Shown here one piece after another: positions 56,187 to 64,000 of a stretch of DNA of 64,000 nucleotides (its first letter is position 1; every line of letters begins with the position of its first letter). The stretch is taken from NCBI GenBank assembly GCA_004764695.1, contig SMSO01000025.1, positions 434,001 through 498,000 on the forward strand, read 5' to 3'. Below the pieces are notes generated by a model. That model was not told where the DNA came from and searched no databases. It worked only from the letters and a program-made list of their open reading frames with translations. The stretch comes from Schizochytrium sp. TIO01 (taxonomy: Eukaryota; Protista; Bigyra: Labyrinthulomycetes). The position numbers and the translations under genes were made by a program.

Positions 56187-58853
56187 CTAGCCCAAAGTAG
56201 GGGGGAGCAGAGCCAACATATCTTGAGGAAAGACTATATCAGCGTGTTGAATCATGCACTTGACTGCTTTGACAGAACTGGGTAGGTCAGCGAGAGTCTG
56301 AAGCATGTCCCCATTAATTTCTCCCGAGCCAATGGGCTTGTGAACAAAATTCGTGGATGATCGCTTTGCACGAGAAAGAATATTGGGGGCCCAAACAATC
56401 GTTAAATTGTCGAGCGTCATCTTGCTTGTTGAACTCCATGCAATAGAAATATGACACAGGAAGTGCATAAGATAGCCCAAGGCTTCAAAATTGGCTTGTG
56501 GCATAGAGATCATGCGGTCACCAATTTGGTATGCCAGGGTTGTCATGTCAGAGATACTTTCAGAAAGCAAGAGAACCTGGCTGTAGACATTTTGCGGAAC
56601 GATTGGCTCGGGTAGCTCTCGAAAGAACGCCTTGAGCAAAGAGGCCACGGCATGCACTGAAGGAGTGATTGAAGAGAGCGTTGATTTGAGCTCTCCATTC
56701 CCTCCTCGACCACGCCTGATACCAGCTGTTGTTGTTGTTGTTGTTGCCGGAGAAACTGCAACTGGGCGATAACCCTGGTTGTATTGAACTTTGAGAAAAT
56801 CAACTACCATTTCATCGCCAGGGATCCTAAATATACCTTCAGTGGTGGGTCCATGGCGAAGAATCGCCTCTACGCAGTCTTGCACCACCTCGGGTACCCC
56901 GGATGAGGAACGCTGTGCGAGATAAAACAGTGGGACTCCAAACACAGCGCTCCCCAAGTAATCTGTTGATGAAGATGATGTTTCAACAAAACCACGTGTT
57001 AAGGTAGAATCACTATGATTGCACGACAAGTGTGGACGCAATGTGCTAGGGAAAGTTGGTGATTCGAAGGACGGCACAGACTCAAGCATCTCGACACCCA
57101 CCATTGTTCGTGTTGATTTGGGACTGGAAGATGCACAAAGCTCTAGTGTCTCGGCCAGTGGATTGGTATGATCCTGCGTAGAAGGGCAAGGATATCCGTG
57201 TTGCCGTTGCTGTTGCTGTTGTTGTTTCTGCTGCTGCTGCTGCTGCTGCTGCTGCGACGAGGTGGAGGCAGACGACGCAGATGCAGAGGAGGGTGAAGAC
57301 AAGGACGAGCTCGAGAGAGCCGAATTTGATTGGAACAGTGGTATCCCATCACGGCGGAACTTGGCATCAAGAGTCAAACGACCTGAGTGACCGCCATCGC
57401 TGTGGTCGGCGAGACTGATTCGCTCCACTGCGATGCTACGCCGGGTGCCATGCTTATCAAAGTTGCGTTGCAATTCATCCTCGTCCTCAAGAGCAGCCCG
57501 ACGGAAGAGGTCTCGCACGCACGCCTCGTCTGTAGAAGTAAGAATATTGGAGTGTCCAGATAGCGAGTGCGGTGAGCCAGGTGGAGAAACTTCTGCGTCG
57601 GCTTCTGCTGGAGCATCAGGTACATTAACCACGCAGCCGAGGCGGTCAACGAGTTTGCTTGTGGAATGTACATATTCAAGTTTCTTCCAAAGCCGACTGC
57701 TGGTGAATGGTCTCGCAAGCCACATGCGGGAGCGCAGGCTCCTCGAAGAGGTCAGTACTAAGACTTTAACCACACTCTGCAGGTGTGCTGTTGGAATGAG
57801 CTTATAGAACTTGTGCAGCCAATTCAGATACCGCGAGCTGACCTCGCGCATACCATCGTGGACATGGACAATAATAAAGGGTTCGTGTGCTAGTGCCTGA
57901 ACTAAGTACAGGGCGTACATAAGGGTATGGTCAAACGTGCTACATGGGGTATCTGACACCTTTTCCCGGCCTGATGTATTCCTCTTTGCCTTCGTTTTGT
58001 GCACCTTCTGTTGCTCCTGCTGTTGCTCCTGTGCTGAAAGCCCTTGCATCAAGTTTAGACCAAAAAGTGCCAAAATGCGTCTATTTTTGCGGTCTCGTTT
58101 CGGGTGAACCACTGCAAATCTCATTTTCTCTACAAAAGCAAACGCAGCTGACGACGACACCGAATTTGGAGCTCCCAAACCTACCCTTGCCACTTTTGTT
58201 TCCGTCAATGTGTTAAACGTCGATATATTGGTTTTGGTATTCCTTGCTGACGCTAATTTACTCGTCGATGCAGTAACGTGAGTATCAGGAGCTGAGGACC
58301 CTGAAATTCCAAACTCCGCATTCTCACGAGTCTCTTCGCAGTTCCTCCTGCGGCCGGACCTGGTTTTAGCCATTGAGAATGAACTCGAGGCAGTCTTTTT
58401 CTCTAAGGACCTTGTCCATGACGCCCTCCACGAAGAAGACCCAACGCGATTACCTTCATCGACGACCTTTTTGATGCCTTCCAAGGCCGCCTCTCCGTTC
58501 GGACTCTTCGCTTTCGGCTGTGATAAATATGGCGACGAGGACGTGGAGGCTACCGTCAAATATTCTGTGCTTGATGAATTCGCTGTTTGGGTCTGCCTCG
58601 TAGAATTACCAGTCGCCGGCGACGCTGCTGCAGTAGTAGTGGCGGCGGCGGCAGCGGCGGCGAGGAATGCAGAGCCAGAGGTCGACGATGGCGATGTTGC
58701 TGCGATGGTCGGTCTGCGTTGGCCTAGGATTCTTTGCTGCTCGTCAACCAGGCGTTGTTGTTCCCGGAGGAGGTGAGTTTGCAGGCTCCCTCGTCCGGAC
58801 ACGATGCGCGCACCGAGCTCTAGCCGCACGGGCTCTTCCTCGGGCGTCATCAT
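56187..58853 (-). CDS. Rho GTPase-activating protein with BCH (BNIP-2/CRAL-TRIO-like) domain, ARHGAP1/8-like architecture
   Basis: BCH-like segment (DRKNRRI...EPFIIVHVH...WLHKFYKLIP....VVKVLVL...RPFTSSRLWKKLEYV), poly-Ser/Gln linker and RhoGAP domain (VFGVPL, VP.VV.DCV, EGIFRIPG arginine finger, ASLLKAFFRELPEP, KMT.DNL.IVWAPNIL). First ATG is 58853; an upstream exon is possible. Confidence 0.9.
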   Translation of the reverse strand: MMTPEEEPVRLELGARIVSGRGSLQTHLLREQQRLVDEQQRILGQRRPTIAATSPSSTSGSAFLAAAAAAATTTAAASPATGNSTRQTQTANSSSTEYLTVASTSSSPYLSQPKAKSPNGEAALEGIKKVVDEGNRVGSSSWRASWTRSLEKKTASSSFSMAKTRSGRRRNCEETRENAEFGISGSSAPDTHVTASTSKLASARNTKTNISTFNTLTETKVARVGLGAPNSVSSSAAFAFVEKMRFAVVHPKRDRKNRRILALFGLNLMQGLSAQEQQQEQQKVHKTKAKRNTSGREKVSDTPCSTFDHTLMYALYLVQALAHEPFIIVHVHDGMREVSSRYLNWLHKFYKLIPTAHLQSVVKVLVLTSSRSLRSRMWLARPFTSSRLWKKLEYVHSTSKLVDRLGCVVNVPDAPAEADAEVSPPGSPHSLSGHSNILTSTDEACVRDLFRRAALEDEDELQRNFDKHGTRRSIAVERISLADHSDGGHSGRLTLDAKFRRDGIPLFQSNSALSSSSLSSPSSASASSASTSSQQQQQQQQQKQQQQQQRQHGYPCPSTQDHTNPLAETLELCASSSPKSTRTMVGVEMLESVPSFESPTFPSTLRPHLSCNHSDSTLTRGFVETSSSSTDYLGSAVFGVPLFYLAQRSSSGVPEVVQDCVEAILRHGPTTEGIFRIPGDEMVVDFLKVQYNQGYRPVAVSPATTTTTTAGIRRGRGGNGELKSTLSSITPSVHAVASLLKAFFRELPEPIVPQNVYSQVLLLSESISDMTTLAYQIGDRMISMPQANFEALGYLMHFLCHISIAWSSTSKMTLDNLTIVWAPNILSRAKRSSTNFVHKPIGSGEINGDMLQTLADLPSSVKAVKCMIQHADIVFPQDMLALLPPTLG

Positions 58854-58898
58854 CGCGGTCTCCCGCTCCAAAAAAGCAAGGTACCTAGGTAACCAAAC

Positions 58899-58920
58899 CT
58901 GCCAAAAGAAAGAGAAACAC
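58899..58920 (-). promoter_or_regulatory. Candidate 3' splice acceptor upstream of the RhoGAP ATG
   Basis: Minus strand reads GTGTTTCTCTTTCTTTTGGCAG|G, a polypyrimidine tract plus CAG, 45 nt before the first ATG. Confidence 0.4.
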
Positions 58921-59042
58921 CGGTACAATACAGAATAGAACCACTACAAGTGAAACAAACCCTCTTAAACTGGCCTAAACGCGCCTTCAAGTGAACTATA
59001 CGGCGTCTCAAAGTGAAGCAAATTCTCTCTTTCTCCTTTTTC

Positions 59043-59092
59043 CTCTCTCTCTCTCTGACTGACTGACTGACTGACTCTGACTGACTGACTGA
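59043..59092. repeat. (CT)n-(CTGA)n compound microsatellite
   Basis: Seen directly. Confidence 0.9.
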
Positions 59093-59424
59093 CTTACTTT
59101 TCGATCGAGCCAATCGAGAGTCAAAACGTACGAATGTGGGAAACCAGGCGCCTTGCCAATGAATGGGCCAGGAGCCGACTCCCTCTGGGCGCCCCTGTCT
59201 GCCTGCCTGGCTGTCTGCCTGCAGACCAGCCCCGCGGGCATGAACGAGAAGGCACGGGCGGCCGTCCGTCTGTCTTGCTTCGCAGCAGAATTGATTTCGA
59301 GAGCCCTCTTCGTCTCTCTTTCCTGTTCTTTTCTCAGTTCCAATATTTAGCTATTTTTCAAATCCCATTCAAAATGATCAATTCCAATGCTCAAATCAAA
59401 ACGAATCAAAAAGTAATCGAAAGT

Positions 59425-59598
59425 AAATTCGAATTCGAATCCAAATTCAAATTCGAACTCAAACTCAAACTCAAACTCAAATTCAAATTCGAATTCAAAT
59501 TCGAATTCAAATTCAAATTCAAACTCAAATTCAAATTCGAATTCAAATTCAAATTCAAATTCAAATTCAAATTCAAATTCAAATTCAAATTCAAATTT
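59425..59598. repeat. Variant hexamer array (A/G)AA(T/C)TC, about 29 units
   Basis: AAATTC, GAATTC and AAACTC units in strict 6-bp register. Confidence 0.95.
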
Positions 59599-62177
59599 CA
59601 AATTATTAAGAGTACCCTAGCCCAGCCTAGTCGCCAGCGCTATCAATTCCTTTCTTTAAAACAATCCGATCGCCTCTTATAAACTACTATACTTTACGTT
59701 AAGAGGACCTCCCTCAATGATACGAATGAAAAGGCTTTGATCTCTGTCTCTCCGGGTTCTTGGCTGTCCGCCTCCCGCCGCCGCCCCGGGACTTGCGCGG
59801 CGGACCTGCCTGGCGATAGGCGAAGGCTTAGGCAGCCTCCTGGCTGTCTTTCGTCTGTCCTGCCGTCTGCCTCGCGGCTTCCTCGCCTCGCAGCGGACCT
59901 TGGGCAAGAGGAGTGAGGATCGCTCTGTTATACTTCGCGGCTTCCTTGTTTGGACAGAGAGAGAACGCAGCAGACGATGCTCTTTTCGCCTTTTCCGCTT
60001 CCTCAGCGGAGGCCAAGCGGGCGGTGAGAAGGTAGTAGGTGTATGCACGAGCCTATGCAGACGCCGGCAAAGCCTGGTCCAGGGCGGCTTGGGCTGTCCG
60101 GTCGCCTCGCTCGCTTCGCCAAGACCGAAGGCTATTTGCTCCCCTAGTTCTGCCATTCCGAAGAAAAGGGTATTGGCCTATTCTATCTTTCGCAGAACAG
60201 AGCCTTTGCCTATTTTGGTAACCCTCGAGTTCATAGCACCCACTTATACCTGGCACCGCTTTTCTTCCCCTTTTCTTTTACTTTTCTTTTCCTTGTCTTT
60301 CTTTCTTTCTTTCTCTCTCTCTCTCTCTCCTTTGAAGCCCCTTGGGAGCGCAAATTTTGGAACGGAACTTGCTTCGGAACGCGCTCTTCCGTTCACACTG
60401 CCGACCGCACTTTCAATTGTGTATGTATGCAGGGTCGGAGACAGAACGCGATAACTTGTATGTACCCCGAACGGACTCTCGAGGAATTCTGTGGGCTCCC
60501 GCCTTAAAGTTCGCAGGCAAAGCAAAGGTCGAAGAGATCGGCGGCGTCCATCGGCCTTCGCAGCTTCGTTCGCGACGCCGCCTGCCTGGAGGCCGTGCTT
60601 GCAGGCTAGCTCCGTCCTCGTCGGCAGCCAGCTCCTGGCGGCGGCCCGTCTCTGGAGATCGTTGAGGTGCGCGGCTACATCTTGTGTTTTGCAGGACCAG
60701 TGAGTGAACCGGCTGCACACGGTTCTGCTCTGGAGAGTTTCGCAGTAACAGTGTCGCGTCGGGTGCGCGAAACCGACTCTACCGGGATGGACTCGCGCTG
60801 AGACGAGCTACGATCCCCCTCGCGCTGAAGTCGCCACTCGTGGCAGCCAAAAGTCCACCACGCAGCTGCTGACCCGTCGTTTTCGATGGACTTCTTCGTC
60901 CACTTTCTCGCTCAGCTGGAGAACCCAGTCGACCAAACTGTCCATCGCCGCAGAGACATACATCTTCTTCAGCATCACTGCCGCCGCCGCAATTGTCGTC
61001 ACGACTCGTGAAGCATTCGTGCTGTATCATACATAGTTCACGGCTCGTGGAACTGTGGACAGACAGATATGATGGATACAGCGAACACCAAATACTCATC
61101 AGATTGGTGCACACCTTGTGCCGAGATTGGATGGCGGCGGTCGTTGGCCGGAGCCGCGGACCGCTTCTGATGATGTGAAGGCCGGCTTCGAGAGAGCGAT
61201 GCTGGTGCGAATGACGCAGTCCGAGCCTGGCTGCACGCAGTTGATTCCTTTCAGCCTCTGCTCTGCGCCTGGATGCCAAGAGGGGTACGAGATGAAGATA
61301 TCGCGTGACCCCGGGACTACCTTGAGGGCTCTGCGGCACTGCGATTCGATGAAGTAGTTCTACCATTACCTCTAGCTAGGCAGTAGCACCCTTTGATAGA
61401 CTGACTGAGTTTGGCCGAAGAGCTCGTTTGAGAAGCATCTGTGCGCTTATTCGCAGACAACCTCTGCCTTTCGTAGTACCTACGTTGAGGCCGCGGCTCG
61501 CGGCAGAAATTGATTCGAGTTGATGAGGTCTTGAGCCCGCGTGGCAGAAACCACGCTACAAGCAGGGGCTGATTTCCTCAAGACATGGAGATGGCGTGCA
61601 CGTACCTACACACTAGCGGCGCAAGAGCTTGTTTCTGCCAACTTGGCGCTCTCGCCATGCGTTGACCTGGATGACCGCTCCTGGTAATTCTCGCAGAGAA
61701 AGCGTGCGAGCTTGGGTCTGACACACGCTTGCCATGTTTTCCTGGCGCTGGGTGTACATTGACCGAGCGGCAAATGCGGAGAAAGGGCGATCAGATTTAG
61801 GGGAATTAAACATGAAGTTTATGTCGTGGACTATCGACCAGCCTTGCTTGACAGAGCTAGTCGGTTTCAAGAGAGCAGAGGCCCTGAGAGGATAAGCACG
61901 AGGCGTTGCAGCACGATCTGATTGTGCTCTGTCCATGAGAATGTAAAGGGCAGGCATAATTTCAGAATGACCATTGCTGGCTCCACGGACCTTACTGTGA
62001 AGAGAGGGTTTGCAGGTGCTGCTACCAACTGGAAAAGGCCAGCACAGCCCCAAGAAAAGCGAACCAACAAAAAAGAAGAAAGAAAGAAAGAAAAAAAGAA
62101 AAAAAAAGGAAAATGTAATTGAAAAGTATGATCCCTAGCCAGGTCCTGACGGAGAGGGTTCCGTCTCTCACTCAACC

Positions 62178-64000
62178 TTAAGCAGTGACTCGAGAGCGCG
62201 CCATCAACATAAAGGCAGCTGCGACAGCTCCGAGTGTGGCCGAGGCCAGCGCTACAAGCGTAGTGTTACGGGAATTAAAAGACTTCGCTTTACTCACATA
62301 AGCCGAGCCAAGCGCAAAGGGGCACTTAGGAGCAGAGGCACTGTTCTCAACAGAAGAATGTTCATCTTGTTGTCCCGTTGCCGAAGAAAGCGCAGGCTCA
62401 GTACCGGCAAGGCCAAACTTGGCATCCAGTTCGCGGAAAAGGCCAATGTTCAAGCGGAAGGCGAGAATTGATTCTGCAGAAATAGCCTCTGCCTCAGCCT
62501 CAGAGAGAACCATGGAATCGAGCTGTGCGCGGTACATGTTCTTGAAATCCTTGGCGCTTGAGATCTCGGGAAACTCGTAAAAGGCCGTGCCTTCGTCGGA
62601 CTCCAACTTAAGTGACTTGCGAGCGACACGGCGCAACGTTTGGCCGCCGCTAAGATCACCCATGTAGCGAGTGTAGGCATGGGCGACGAGCAAAAGGGGG
62701 TCACTGGCTGCGATTTGTCTCAAGCGTCCAGCATAACAGTGGGCAGCGCGAGAGAGAGTAGTTACATCCTCATGGTTGCGCCAATCTTGGCCATAAAAAT
62801 ACAAGAGGTCTTGTTCGATGCGTTCCTTGCGATCAAGTTCCTTCGGAAACCAGATGGCACGTAACGCTTCGCGATGCGCAGGCTTAGTCTTCTCAGAGGT
62901 GCAAACCTCTTCGTAGACCTCTTCAAGCGCGATATAAACATGGTAGAGGCGTACTGTAAAGGCAGCAAATTCATCTTTGCCAAGCTTGCACTTGATGAAT
63001 GCACGAATGAAAGAAACATTTTCAGCTTCACGGTGGACTTGGCGAGTATCCTCTTTGAGTCTTGAAGAAAGACTCATTGATGCTGTCTCTGAAGATTTCG
63101 ATTCAAGAGAGTCTTCCTTGGGGCTTGCAGGAATGCTGCCAGCAGCAAATGGGCAGGTTTTCTTCGCTATGGAATTCCCACCTGCAGGCGCAGCGATGGT
63201 CTCAATCTTGGGCTTCTCCGACAAAGAGCGAGCCTTCATAGACATTGCAGATGATGTGTCACCACCAGCGGCAAAAGGGCAGACTGCCTTCTTTGCAGGA
63301 GTTGCTGCAGATGCCTCCGTTGCAGTGGAAACAGAAGCAGAGGGCATCTCAAGCCCAAAGACAGAGTCCAGTTCACGAAAGAGTCCAATGTTCAAGCGGA
63401 AGGCAAGCACTGCTTCCTGCGCAATGGCACGAGATTCGGCGTCGGTCACATTCAAGGAATCAAGCTGGGCGCGGTACATAATCTTGAACTTCTTTGCGCT
63501 CGTGATCTCGGGGAAAAACGTAAAAGGCAGTGCCCTCTTCGCCCTGGAGTCCAAGGGACTTGCGGGCCACGCGGCAAAGCGTTTGACCACCACTAAGATC
63601 ACCAAGGTAGCGTGTGTAAGCATGGCCAATGAGAAGAAGAGGGTTTTGCTCCACAAGTTGCTTGATACGGCCGACATAGCAGTGCACGGCGCGTGAGGGC
63701 TGAGTGACTGCAGGTGCTTCGCGCCACTCACTGCCAAAAAAGAATTCGAGGTCCTTTTCGATGCGGGCTTGGCGATCAAGAGCCTCAGGAAACCAGATTG
63801 CGCGGAGAGCTTCTTGGTGGCCTTCGGGGATCTCAGTCGACGTGCAAACCTGCTTGTATGACTCCTCAAGCGCAACGTAGACATGGTAAAGGCGCACAAG
63901 GTATGCCTTGTACTCCTCATTGCCAAGCTTGCACTTGACAAATGCACGAATAAAAGCAACATTTTCGGCATCGCGGTGAACCTCGCGAGTCTCCTCCTTG
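62178..64000 (-). CDS. HMOX: Tandem multi-domain heme oxygenase with CPF motifs and C-terminal TM anchor (5'-partial; 1-nt frameshift at ~63510-63518)
   Basis: Domain A reads KEETREVHRDAEN...LLIGHAYTRYLGDLSGGQ...GTAFYVFP in one frame, then EITSAKKFK.MYR..LD...AFRLNI.LF.EL in the next. Domain B (~62415-63075) reads RLKEDTRQVHREAEN...LLVAHAYTRYMGDLSGGQ...FRLNIGLFREL. The C-terminus is hydrophobic. The track's N-terminus MPKMLLL... is out-of-frame sequence. Confidence 0.9.
   Translation of the reverse strand, partial: RRRLARFTAMPKMLLLFVHLSSASLAMRSTRHTLCAFTMSTLRLRSHTSRFARRLRSPKATKKLSAQSGFLRLLIAKPASKRTSNSFLAVSGAKHLQSLSPHAPCTAMSAVSSNLWSKTLFFSLAMLTHATLVILVVVKRFAAWPASPLDSRAKRALPFTFFPEITSAKKFKIMYRAQLDSLNVTDAESRAIAQEAVLAFRLNIGLFRELDSVFGLEMPSASVSTATEASAATPAKKAVCPFAAGGDTSSAMSMKARSLSEKPKIETIAAPAGGNSIAKKTCPFAAGSIPASPKEDSLESKSSETASMSLSSRLKEDTRQVHREAENVSFIRAFIKCKLGKDEFAAFTVRLYHVYIALEEVYEEVCTSEKTKPAHREALRAIWFPKELDRKERIEQDLLYFYGQDWRNHEDVTTLSRAAHCYAGRLRQIAASDPLLLVAHAYTRYMGDLSGGQTLRRVARKSLKLESDEGTAFYEFPEISSAKDFKNMYRAQLDSMVLSEAEAEAISAESILAFRLNIGLFRELDAKFGLAGTEPALSSATGQQDEHSSVENSASAPKCPFALGSAYVSKAKSFNSRNTTLVALASATLGAVAAAFMLMARSRVTA

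Noticed and set aside
61085-61112. Minus-strand CTGATGAG inside a short CACCAA/TTGGTG hairpin as a hammerhead ribozyme
   Set aside because: The required GAAA and three-stem arrangement are absent.
60779-61366. 195-aa ATG-initiated ORF on the minus strand
   Set aside because: No recognisable domain and composition typical of GC-rich non-coding DNA; cannot be supported or fully excluded without expression data.
63514-63971. N-terminal ~150 aa (MPKMLLLF...) of the 597-aa track ORF
   Set aside because: Out-of-frame reading of HO domain A; the HO signatures are in the adjacent frame.
1-64000. tRNA, rRNA, snRNA genes and telomeric arrays
   Set aside because: GTTCGA-type hits (for example near 3383, 4260 and 15683) lack cloverleaf context, and no rRNA or telomere-like arrays were seen. 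A covariance-model scan would be needed to exclude small RNAs.

Overview
Eukaryotic genomic DNA, most consistent with a stramenopile protist of thraustochytrid/labyrinthulomycete type. This taxonomy is an inference from the tubular-mastigoneme gene, the long intronless CDSs and the dense tetranucleotide microsatellites. The first ~23 kb has no credible protein-coding gene and alternates AT-rich islands with GC-richer, microsatellite-laden blocks. From 23 to 64 kb there are eleven credible genes: a GT-A/DUF3405-like protein, a type II membrane CapA-like metallophosphoesterase, GPR107/108, indoleamine 2,3-dioxygenase, a Golgi-type sulfotransferase, CYP51, an ankyrin protein, an ADAM-like protein, a mastigoneme protein, a BCH-RhoGAP and a heme oxygenase that runs off the window end. 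Best leads: (1) CYP51 is fused in frame to a complete C-terminal cytochrome b5 domain; (2) the heme oxygenase has at least two tandem catalytic domains, three CPF motifs and a 1-nt frameshift in a T5C4 run; (3) the ADAM-like protein has lost its zinc ligands and carries a cytoplasmic RanBP2-type zinc finger. I recognised no rRNA, tRNA, CRISPR array or intact mobile element. All family calls come from motif recognition by eye, not database searches.
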